From NCBI RefSeq assembly GCF_006345805.1, contig NC_043001.1:126728001-126792000 (forward strand): a stretch of DNA of 64,000 nucleotides, read 5' to 3'. Shown in pieces: positions 38,640 through 50,477 of this stretch (positions are counted from its first letter, which is position 1; every line of letters begins with the position of its first letter). This stretch comes from Octopus sinensis (taxonomy: Eukaryota). Made by a program: the position numbers and the translations under genes. The notes under the pieces were generated by a model. It was not told the origin of the DNA. It saw nothing but the letters and a program-made list of their open reading frames with translations, and searched no databases.

Positions 38640-38905
38640 ATTTGTCCTCACTACAGGACATTTGATTTAAATCTTGAATTTCGAGTCGAAAAGGTCTGCA
38701 GAGCTGGAGAAGAAAAGACGACGACGGAAGGAGCGCCAACAACAACCACGTGCGACTCTCCCTTCCGGCACTAGATGTCCGCACTGTGACCGATCTTTTC
38801 GAGCAAGAATTGGTTTTATCAGTCACCTGCGGACTCACCAATAAATTTGCGCGAAGACCATCATCCTCGACCTTGACGGATTACCATAGTAGTAGTAGTA
38901 GTAGT
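38640..38905 (+). mobile_element. RTE (BovB-like) LINE 3' end
   Basis: LEKKRRRRKERQQQ...RCPHCDRSFRARIGFISHLRTHQ*, followed by a (TAG)n tail. Confidence 0.8.
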
Positions 38906-39499
38906 ATAAACATAGTGCAGAGTAGTTGTGATATATTGGTAAAGTCTCTTACAGCTGTTTCTAGAACAGAAACATGTGGATCATATGTTATTGAGTAAAG
39001 AATTCCACGCAAGCTAAGTAATCCTTCATCGGAGAGAAAGAGGAGACGGATAAGAAAATATAGAAATCAAGAATATGCGTTATAGGACACATTACTAGTT
39101 ACCAGTTCGCTGAGAAGGACCAGAATGAAAGGTATATGTGTTTAGTAGCTCCTTGATAAAGGAATTACGTCAAAGATAAAAGATAGAGCCCGTTAGCATC
39201 TCCATACGTGAAGATTTGAGGATAATGCATGGCAAAAGATTCAGTTTTGAAAAGAAAGTGAAGAATGAGTTGGAGCAGGAAACTAGTTCCATTGGTTGCA
39301 TGCAAAACACATTCATGGATCTCAACTTTAATAAATACAGTAAAATTTAATTAATACAGTAAATTGTGGAAGTTGTAAAGAACATTCTTTACATGCATGC
39401 ATACATACACACATACATACATATATAAGTATATGCATACATACATCTATACATACATAGACACTTTTAGGTACATAAATATACACACACACTCATGAA

Positions 39500-40553
39500 T
39501 TCAAGGCTGGTGATTATAATGTATTTCTGCATTACTCCAGATTGTTCTTCTACATTAGTTTTCGTCTAGTCTTACACACACACACCACCACCACCAACTT
39601 CACTAGAATGTTCCTCGTGCCAATCATTAACAACTTTAGCTGTGTGAATTGGTACATTATCCTGAAAGATTGCATCTCACTCCGGAAACAGTTCCGCAAC
39701 CATAGGATGAATTTGATCAGATAAAATGTTTGAATAGTCTTGACTATTAATTCTGTCATGAAGGGAAACCATTGGGCTGGTGGATTTCCAAGATATAGCC
39801 TCCCAGTTCATCACAGATACTCCTCCATGTTTAACAGTTGCAAGAAGGCAGTCTGGGTCAAATGCTTCTTTTGGCTATCTCCACAAGTATCGCCGGCCGG
39901 TGGTCGGAAATAAGATAAAGGATGACTCGTCCAAGAAAATAGCATTCTTCCACTGCTCTAGGTATCAATTCTATAGGTTTTTACTCCACCTTAAACGCTT
40001 TGCACCGTTTGTTTTTGAAAGTAGTGGTTTTCTGATTGCAGCCCTCCCGTGAAATTCAACTTTGCACAGCTCCCAGCGAACAGTTTTTGCGGAAATTGGG
40101 TTCGCAAGATGGTCATTAAGCTCAGCAGTAATTTTGGGAGCTGTACTTTTGTGATCCTTTCTAATAATTCGTGTAAGAGTCCGACGGTCCCTATCTGAAA
40201 GTTTTGGTTTTTTTCTGGAGTTTTGTTTCGACGAGGAGGTTTTTCCCTCTTTCTCAAAGGCTGTCATTACTTTCGAGACAGTACTTCTTGTTACACCAAA
40301 CAATTCGGCTGTTTTCGTTATGCTAACGCCTGCCATAACAAGCACCAACAATTTGATCTCTCTGAAAGTCCGATAGATCTGTCATGTTAATGAATTTTAA
40401 TTACCGTTTTATGATGATATCTAAAAACAAACAGCAATTTTAGCAAAACATATTAAGCAACACTAATAATAAATCAAAAACAAAAAAAAAAATAAGCGTT
40501 TGACGGTTTTATAGATATTTCAAAATTATCATACTATGATGCTAGGTGTTTCC
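39500..40553 (-). mobile_element. Tc1-family transposon remnant
   Basis: ORF 39971-40351 (ITKTAELFGVTRSTVSKV...GRAAIRKPLLS); downstream DESS and FQDNVPIHTAKV motifs; one terminus missing. Confidence 0.85.
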
Positions 40554-40556
40554 AGG

Positions 40557-40588
<32 letters not shown>

Positions 40589-40686
40589 TGTATGTATGTA
40601 TGTATGTATGTATGTATGTATGTATGTATATATATATATATATACACATATACATATGCACACACATACACACACACACGCACACA

Positions 40687-41982
40687 CGATGTGGTGCTGA
40701 AATTTTCTTAGCTTTAAGTTGATCGTGAGAGAGTAGAACTGTTTCCTTTACAAGGTGTGGGTAGGACAGATATTTAGTGGAAAATATACAAAAAATCACG
40801 ATGTTATACAATACATCTTTCCTTTTTTTACAAATTTAGCTCATGATGCCAAATCCTACAGACGATTTTGGTAAAATTGAAGCACGGGTGCTCATGAAGT
40901 TCCTCTTTTTTCGAAGCAAAAGAGAGGACAGAATCCATGCCAAAATGGACGAAGTCTTCAAAGATGGCTGCTCATCTTACTCCACTTTGAAATATAGAAA
41001 TCAAGGATTCAGACTGGTCATTTCGAGGTCACAGATGAACTGCAGTCAGGACGGCCAACTTCCGCGACCACAGAAGACAAAGATGACGTTGTGCACGTCA
41101 TGAATCTCGAGGATCGCCGCATTTCGGCTAAAGATCATCGCATTTCAGCAACTCTTTCACGTGTTGGCCACATCAGCCATGAAGAGTTGGCCACATCAGC
41201 CACAATATTCTGGGCATGAGAAATCTTTCCGTAAAATGAGAGCCCAAATGATTGAACGCAGATCAGAAGCATATCAGATTGACGACATTAAATGCAATTT
41301 TGAACTGGTTTGAAGAGAGAGAAGTTGATTTTATAGCTCGTTTAACCACCACGAATGAAACTTGGCATCATAGTTATGATTCCCATACCAAGCAGCAATC
41401 AATGGAATGGGTCACAGCGGCTCACCGCATCCCAAGAAATTTCGAACCCAGAAGTCAGCTGGAAGGATTCTGACTTCACTGTTCTGGGACAAAGATGAAG
41501 TACTTGTCATAAAACACATGCCAATGGGTCGCACCATCAACGCAGAATACTACACGTGTCTGTTGGATGAACTGCTTGAAACTTTGAAGCAGAAACGCCA
41601 TGGGAAGCTGAGACTGTTCTTACAGGAAAATGCACCAACACACACAGCACATAAACTCTACGGAAAATACGCAATTTTGGCTTCGAATTCGTAGATCACC
41701 CGACTTAATTTCCTGACTTAGCCCTTTCAGACTATCACCTCTTTCCACAACTGAAGAAACATCTGAAGAGAACGAAATTTCACTGAGATTCGCAAGTGAT
41801 CGCTGATACAGGGGCCTGATTGGCGGCCTCTGTAGCTTAGAAAAACTGACAAGGCATAGAAAAACTAAAGGCCCTCTGTAATAAGTGTTTGAATGTGAGA
41901 GGGGAGTATACTAAAATCATTATTAACTGATCCTCCGATATTCACTTTTACCCAAAGCCAGGAAATTTTCAGCATCCTCTCG
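40687..41982 (+). mobile_element. Mariner transposon, decayed
   Basis: Imperfect TIRs (CGATGTGGTGCTGAAATTTT.. / ..AAATTTTCAGCATCCTCTCG); TTNETW, FWDKDEV, QENAPTH, DLALSDYHLF motifs. Confidence 0.88.
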
Positions 41983-42002
41983 TGTATGTGTGTGTGTGTG
42001 TA

Positions 42003-42084
<82 letters not shown>

Positions 42085-42627
42085 CACACACAGACCATGT
42101 ATATAAACACGGATAAAGTGGAATTATAAACAGTTAAAATCGTAATTCACATAGCAACACTCAGAGAACCGCAAAGCGTGTGATAGTGCGAAATGTAGAT
42201 CGTCTGCTGTTAAGTGACAGATACTATCAAAATAACTTCAACAGAACCAATCAAAGTGTTATTTAATTAATTTATTAGATAAATAGTTAGCTGATTATCC
42301 AATTAACTGGGCATGGCAGAAGTGAAATTTAATCAATGCGTATGAGCGTATGATTTAATGGGCAACAGAACATTCGAAAAATTCAAAAATATTTCATTAA
42401 ATACACAATTTCACACGTACTATTGGCAAAACAAGCAGAGAAACAAGCAGAGAAAAAAACGCAAGCGTACACAGTTTGACAGAAACTACCTAAACACAGC
42501 CACACACGTATGTATACATTATATCTGTGTGTGTGTGTGTGTTTGTTCAGATTTTCACTTTTTGGGAATATTGATAGTTTGTAATTCCTGTACTGGTGAG
42601 AACTCGAAAACACATTAATTAAACAAG

Positions 42628-42669
<42 letters not shown>

Positions 42670-42896
42670 CAAAAATCAGACCATTATCCATAGACAGATA
42701 TCTAATATATTCTTTATACTTTTGTTGTACACGTTGTGTATTGTTGTTAAAATCTTCTTGTTGTATGACAGTCATTCTAATAGGCACATAATGGAAATTA
42801 ATTTGTATTTTACAGTTGGTATTTTGCAATGTTAATATTTTTTCTTTCTCCTTTTATGATTTCGGTACATCATGCATCTGTGTGTGCGTGTGTGTA

Positions 42897-42947
<51 letters not shown>

Positions 42948-43066
42948 TTGTGTGTGTGTAATATTGGTGATATTCATCTAAGCAAGTAAACAAACCAGTG
43001 AGATGTCCTCTGACATGGCCTAAGCTGTGGTCGTTAAGAACAAACAAAAGAATTAAATACATAAAG

Positions 43067-43123
<57 letters not shown>

Positions 43124-43624
43124 GCACGCACACATACGCACACATACGCACACATACACACATGAATCAAAACAGTCATACATACTAACAAACATACATT
43201 TATAAATAATGAATCGAACGGAATTATTACAATGGAGACTAATCTACTGCTTTTGTTACTAAATCGCGTTCCTACTACGAAGTAATTCGCATTTCTTTTC
43301 CTATGTTCTTGCTACTCTTGATCTTAGTTCTCGCACACTCACTTACACACACACATACACACTCAGGCACACACTTGCACATACATATATACGCGCGTGC
43401 GCAATACAATATACCGTTGAATATTTGGGACTCAAAAGAAAACTCCATCTGTAAGATTTAAGAAAGAAATAAAATATTCACGCAACATATTTTTTCTATC
43501 GACTCCTTTAATGTATGTCTGATCTGCTTAATCTTCGCATTAATGTAGATAATGCTATACATACATACATACATACATACATACATACATACATACATAC
43601 ATACATACATACATACATACATAC

Positions 43625-44015
43625 GTGGCTGTGTGGTAAGTAGCTTGTTTACCAACCACATGGTTCTGGGTTCAGTCCCACTGCGTGGCACCTTGGGCAA
43701 GTGTCTTCTTCTATAGCCTCGGGCCGACCAAAGCATTGTGAGTGGATTTGGTAGACGGAAACTGAAAGAAGCCCGTCGTATATATGTATATATATATATG
43801 TGTGTGTGTTTGTGTGTCTGCGTTTGTCCCCCTAGAATTGCTTGACAACCGATGCTGGTGTGTTTATGTCCCCGTCACTTAGCGGTTCGGCAAAAGAGAC
43901 CGATAGAATAAGTACTGGGCTTACAAAAGAATAAGTCCGGGGTCGAGTTGCTCGATTAAAGGCGGTGCTCCAGCATGGCCGCAGTCAAATGACTGAAACA
44001 AGTAAAAGAGTAAAT
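43625..44015 (+). mobile_element. SINE family A, full length
   Basis: A/B boxes, core and tail complete. Confidence 0.92.
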
Positions 44016-44164
44016 GAGAGTAAAGAGTAATACATACACACACATTCATACACATACATACATACATACATACATACATACATACATACATACATACATA
44101 CATACATACATACATACACACACACACAAACACACACACATAATATATATACATGTATATATTC

Positions 44165-44470
44165 TTTTATTATTTTACTTGTATCAGCCATTAGATTGTG
44201 GCCATGCTGGGGCAGCGTCTTGCTGAATTTCAGTCGAACGAATCGACCCCAATACACATTCTATTTGTCTATTTTGCTGAACTGCTAAGTTACGGGGACA
44301 TAAACGCACTAACACATATACACGTTGGGCTTCTTCCTGTTTCTGTTTACCAAATCCATTGATAAGACTTTGGTTGACCAGAGGATACAAGAGGACATAA
44401 CTGCGCAAGGTACCGCACAGTGAGACTGAACCTGGAACCATGTGGTTGGGAAGCAAACTTCATAAGCTTT
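44165..44470 (-). mobile_element. SINE family A, diverged
   Basis: Tail GCCCCAGCATGGCC and head GGTTCCAGGTTCAGTC recognisable on minus. Confidence 0.65.
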
Positions 44471-44704
44471 CAAACGAATATAAAATAATTTTTTGGGAAT
44501 TAAGATTCCAATGTACATAAGTGTTAAAGATAATTGCAATTAAAGAAAGGCAACCGCCGACTTTTTCTATCAAAATTAGTCGTCCAACACAATATTTACA
44601 TGCTATTATTTGTAGCATGTATGTGCTTCGAGATCCTTTTCCCAAAACAAAAAGAGGATTATACACACTCACATACATATACACTTTCTCATGCGCGCGC
44701 ACAT

Positions 44705-44742
<38 letters not shown>

Positions 44743-44759
44743 GCATGTTCTCTTCTGAT

Positions 44760-45450
44760 TTTAATTTACGTTCTTCCTCTGAAGATGGAGCAGGTTTTTA
44801 AACATGAGAAAAGTCTTGCATATTTTTACTGTTCCACCTGGAAATTGTATTTGCAATGCACAAGTTTGTTGGTTCCTTTTGCAGAAAACTCTAGCTTATC
44901 CAGATTGTCGCTTAGGCATTTACTTACAAAACTAAGTGCACCAATTATTATTTGTATAAATGTGAATTTATAATCTGGATATAGAAGCTGGAGGCTTCGA
45001 AGCAGTTGCGCAAAGATATCCTCTTTCTCTTTGATATTCAAACAGATATTCACAATCAAAAGGACAGCTGAGCGCTCTGACAATGCGTACTTTTTCTTGC
45101 CTGTCCCCAACAACGGCATCCAGCCTGTTACGTTTGAACTTGACAAACGTTTCGATGGGAATATTCCACCAGTATTCCTTGTGTTGACGTTTGTGTATGC
45201 ATTCGATGACAGGGAGATTATCTATATTTATTCGAGGACAGTCGGTTTTCCAAATAGCATTGTATATTGTTTTTGCGACAACGCCATGCCACATAACGAG
45301 GTACTAACTTGATGACATTTTTGGAAAGCTACTAATCACATGAATGATACCTTCCGTAGGATTTATGACACAATCAACATTTTCGGTTGGATCTTGGAGC
45401 TCTAAGCACTTCACTATCTCTTCTACCTATTATGTATTTCGTAGTAATCG
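44760..45450 (-). mobile_element. R4/Dong-like LINE 3' remnant
   Basis: KEYWWNIPIETFVK and LQLLYPDYKFTFIQIIIGAL; same family as 22960-23400. Confidence 0.8.
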
Positions 45451-47056
45451 TCTGTTCTTGGATTGAAATGCATAGCTTTCCAAGTTTGATGTAATGTAGC
45501 GGTTACGAGTCCAAGAGAGGTTGCACTTCATGCAATATTAGTCTTCTTCAAGTCTTTGGGAAACATACCCATGTATAGTCACTTTTTGGTATGCTGAGAG
45601 TTTCACATCCAGCATGGTGTCGGTTCAGTATTCTCTCCTTACTGCATTTACGCACGATCATTAAAGTTAAAATCCCTATCTTCGCTCCAGATGATTCAAG
45701 ATCTTGATAGGAGGCTTTCTTAAAGGCAATGTTTTCCTTCCTCATCTTTTTGTATCATGATTATGATTTAGAAGTGAACTTGTGATTTATACAGGCTCGT
45801 TCTAAAATTCGCCTGTGAGAGCGAAGATTTCTGATAGAAAACGTTGGATGTTGTCTTTCTTTATTTGCAATTATTTATAGTATTTATGCACTTCGGGATC
45901 TAATTCCAAAGCAGAATTATTTTATGTTCTCTTGAAAGTTTATGAAGTTTGCTTCTCAACCACATGGTTCCGGGTTCCGTATTTTAGAGTAATCAAAACC
46001 TTCCCTCAAGAGCTTGGTGGGAAGAGTAAGCATAGAGTTTTGTTAATTTATGGATAAAGTGTAAACTCATCTTTCCTTTTGCATTTTATTATCGTGGTTA
46101 ACCATCGAATATGGCGGTGCAGGTTGTTGATGTTTTCTTGGTGAGTCTTGTTTTCCATTTAGGCTACTTTCATTTCGTAGTTTCATTAACATGTATACTG
46201 CAGATTTCTCCTTGGCCTTCTTTAAAACCGATAGCAGCTGTATATATGAGAGTATTGATATTCCAGTAATTAGCATCACGTGATTCTATGTGCTCTTCAA
46301 CGACATCGTCAATTACTTTTCACATTAGAGCTTTCGGATTTTTCTTAACCTGTTGATTAACGATAGTTTCAAAAAAGTAGAAAATATTTCCATAAGTTGT
46401 GTTTTCAGGATGTTTCTAAGTTGAATATATTCCAGTTGTCTCTGTTGACTCAGCTATATTTGAAGAGACACGAGAATTTAGTGATGGCGACAGTGGTTTG
46501 TTTACATATTTTCGACCTCTCTTCAAGCAGGTTTTGGCAAGTTAGTGTATTCAGAAGATCGATTTACGTCACGGGAGCAAGCCATTTTTTTTAAAAAGAA
46601 AAATCCATGGTGCCGAAGTTGTTTTGCAGTAAATGTTCGTCTCAGTATTTTTTAACTGCTTCATATATCCGATAGAAATACCTTCACATGCATTGACATG
46701 GTTTCGAAGTAGATATCGGTTTAGATGTAGGGTCCAAGTAAAATTAGAGGACTACTTACGTCTTCCTGGAAAGCTTACTGGTGCTATAGTGCTGTTTTTG
46801 TTGGTGGTGTTGTTATTAATTTCAGCTATGATCGTGTTAGCAAGTTTCCATGTGATATAAGGTATATTTTTATAGTCCCGTCTGACTAACGTTATGTTGG
46901 TACGTAAAAGGTGTTACTCATATATATAATTAGTGAAATAATCCAACTAATAATTTAGGTTGGAAGTGTCGGCATAAATGTAGAAACAAAATGTTCAAAC
47001 AGAAATTTTAAACGATCCTCTATGCCTGTGCGCCTGGTGTTGACAGCAACAATATT

Positions 47057-47655
47057 CTGTATGTATGTATGTATGTATGTATGTATGTATGTATGTATGT
47101 ATGTATGTATGTATGTATGTATGAATGAATGAATGAATGAATGTATGCATGTATGTATGTATGAATGAATGTATGTATGTATGTATGTATGTATGTATGC
47201 ATGTATGTATTTATGTATGTATGTATGTATGTATGTATGAATGCATGTATGTATGTATGAATGAATGAATGAATGTATGTATGTATGTATGTATGTATTT
47301 ATGTATGTATGTATGTATGTATGTATGTATGTATGTATGTATGTATGAATGTATGTATGTATGTATGTATGTATGTATTTATGTATGTATGTATGAATGT
47401 ATGTATGTATGTATGTATGTATGTATGTATGTATGTATGTATTTATGTATGTATGAATGTATGTATGTATGTATGTATGTATTTATGTATGTATGTATGT
47501 ATGTATGTATGTATGTATGAATGTATGTATGTATGTATGTATGTATGTATTATGTATGTATGTATGAATGTATGTATGTATGTATGTATGTATGTATGTA
47601 TGTATGTATGTATGTATGTATGTATGTATTTATGTATGTATGTATGTATGTATGC
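47057..47655. repeat. ~600-bp (TATG)n array with GAAT and ATTT interruptions
   Basis: Directly visible. Confidence 0.97.
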
Positions 47656-48154
47656 TGTACGGAGTATGCCATTAAACTGCATCCTGTAGTGAGGCTTCAG
47701 TACAGAAGTTCTGGAGTCGTGTGGGAACGTGGAGTCACCTCCATATTATCATTACTCTCGTGTTCATTCTAATTCAAAACAGTAGTACCTGTCAGTGTAT
47801 GTATGGGTTAGATAGATTTTCCACGAGTATAGGAAGCTCCCGTCATTTCTGAAAAAGCTATGCTTCTCCTAGGAGAAGTATACTCTAACATAAGACTCGT
47901 AGTCAAAATAGTATAAGTTATCTTGCAATGGTTGTCATTTGAGTCCACTATGGCGACCAAGAGAGTAAGAAAATTGTTGTACAAGCTTTTGTCACTTAAA
48001 TCCGACGACGTATAGATGTCTCACTATCATTTCGTTTCTTGACCAGTTTTGTATTTTATGAAATCCTATTGCAGGATGAAAGCAAACCAGAACAATTCTA
48101 TTGAATGTATGAATGAAGGCTATCATTTGACATCATGACGCAATCATCAAGTAT

Positions 48155-48345
48155 ATCATTATTCAGTTTTATTTCAAGATTTCTTACCAATAGAGAAAGA
48201 GCCGGTTTCTAACCTAAATCCAAAGCTCCTTCACTGGAATTTCAACAACATCAATAGGGTATTTTTATGTATATATAGGTGCAGATTTGAGTGTTTTGTT
48301 TTATGTATGAATTTTCATGCTTATAGTTGCATATCTAGACATGCT
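48155..48345 (-). mobile_element. 3' UTR of the R4/Dong-like LINE
   Basis: Reverse complement of 23380-23575 (TTAGAAACCGGCTCTTTCTCTATTGG...GAAATAAAACTGAATAATG). Confidence 0.8.
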
Positions 48346-49014
48346 TATATATACTTAAATGATAAACTTCTGGAAAGTTTTAAGTATGTATTTAGGTAGG
48401 TAGGTAGGTAGGTTGGTAGGTAGGTAGGTAGGTAAGTATGTATGTATGTATGTATGTATGTATGTATGTATGTATGTATGTATGTTGTATGTATGTAGGT
48501 AGGTAGGTAGGTAGGTAGGTTGGTAGGTAGGTAGGTAGGTATACATACAAAAGGACAACACAGACGAAATATATATCTTTCCAGAGGAGTGATATAAAAT
48601 ATCCATATTTCTAACATTGAAGCAAGAAATAGTTTCTTTCAGTCTAGAGATAAGTAAAACATACGCTCAACTATTTTGCTGTCAACTCTATAGAATATTT
48701 AATTGCAAATTAATCGGTAATCCTTTATAGACAGAAAAATCCAGCAATATAAATACAAAATATTTAATACATACAAAATTATATAGAAGTATTTATTTCT
48801 TTCAGATTATAAATTACTAATATTTTCTAATGTAATGCATATCTGTATTCATAAATATACTGAAAATTGAATGTATATCCATATAGACACTTTTTTGTTT
48901 ATTCTTACAAATATTGGATAATAAGAGAACAACGAACAATGAGAAACTTAGGATAGTATTATAAATATAGAAAATTACATTGACCCATAGTTTATGTATT
49001 TTGAAACCATGTGT

Positions 49015-49430
49015 AGAGGCGCAGGCATGTTTGTGTGGTAATGAAGCATGCTTTTCAACCATGAGGGTTTCAGGTTCAGTCGCACTATGTGCCACTTTGT
49101 GTAAGTGTCTTCTACTATAACTCCGGACTGACCAATGACACGCGGGTGAATTTGGTTGATGGAAACTGTGCAGAAGCCCATCGTATACATATGTGTGTAT
49201 ATATGTGTCTGTCTGTCTTTGTGCTTATGTGTGCGTTTTCGCCCACTCGTTCACAGCCGGTGCTGGTTTCTTTACATTCCATAACTTAGCAGCTCGGCAA
49301 AAACGAGCCGCGATAATAAATACAAGACTTTAAAATAAGTAAGTCTTGGAAGCGTTTGTTCGACTAAACCTTTCAGGATGGTGCCCCAGCATGGCCACAG
49401 TTTAATGACGGTAAAAGAAGTATAAGGTAA
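49015..49430 (+). mobile_element. SINE family A, diverged
   Basis: Colinear head, core and GGTGCCCCAGCATGGCCACAG tail. Confidence 0.7.
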
Positions 49431-49467
49431 AAGATAACTACTATGTGTGTGCACGCGCGCATGTGTT

Positions 49468-49519
<52 letters not shown>

Positions 49520-49520
<1 letters not shown>

Positions 49521-50135
49521 CTGTATATATAAAAGGCAGGATGTGTGTGTGAGTGTGTGTGTGTGTGTGTACATTTTGCACGTCCACAAATTAGGATGCA
49601 TGTCGCTCCAACTTTAGGAGGACATTCGTCATGAACCTAGCTGTATTTTCGTCAACTTATTTTTTGTTTACCAGAGGCACCAGCGAATAGCAGTAAAAAT
49701 AAATTTTCAATCAAAACTTTTAACAATTTTCAAGTCGGAGAAATCACCGTTGTTTGCAAACAGGAGTTAAGTCCCCTTCTAGCGACGAGTAAGTTTTTGT
49801 TGACTTTTGTTGTTTTTTTTCCATCGAAGAAAAAATTGTTTTGTTGATATACGGGCAACACACGCGCACACACTCACAAACACGCACACACACACATACA
49901 CACACACACACAAACACACACACACGAACATGTATGCATACAAAAAACATGTATGCTATGGGTGTATGTACGTACGTGCGTGTATGTGTGTGTTGCCCAT
50001 ATATATATATAGAAAAACAAATTTCAACGGATTTCGCCCAAATTTAACGTCGATATTACTTAGATTGGTTTGAAATAAAGAACTTGATTAGCTTAATAAT
50101 CCTAACTTAATCGCGGGCAAATCTGGATTATACTG
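49520..50135 (+). mobile_element. Helitron-like non-autonomous element, decayed 3' end
   Basis: 5' TCTGTATATATAAAAGG plus (TG)n; 3' CGGGCAAATCTGGATTATACTG resembles 20890-20911 but lacks CTAG. Confidence 0.5.
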
Positions 50136-50194
50136 TATATATATATATATATATATGCATCAAATGAAATAAAAAACAGAACACAAAGGATGTC

Positions 50195-50286
50195 GCGGTA
50201 CACGTGTTTCAATCTTTATAAAATAACCTATTCTTACATCAATGTGTAATCGACATAACAGATAGTTTAAAGCTCTCTTCAGCCGC
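50195..50286 (-). ncRNA. Type I hammerhead, canonical core, extended stem II (left arm)
   Basis: GCGG-CTGAAGA-GAGCTTTA...TAAAGATT-GAAA-CACGTG-TA-CCGC; one stem II mismatch. Confidence 0.75.
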
Positions 50287-50477
50287 ATGCAATTGCTATA
50301 CCAAACAATTACATCACATGAAATTATGAAAAATCCGAAAATATACATTTGGTATTATCTATAATGGTGGGTATATTGAGTTTCACTGAGAAAGTATGTT
50401 TGCAAATCTTCATAATCAAATATGTGTAGGGTAGCATGGGACTTCAAACATCCGTCCATACTCTATCATCAGACATT

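Noticed and set aside
46000-46900. Possible further retroelement ORF remnant on minus
   Set aside because: No recognisable motif could be supported by eye
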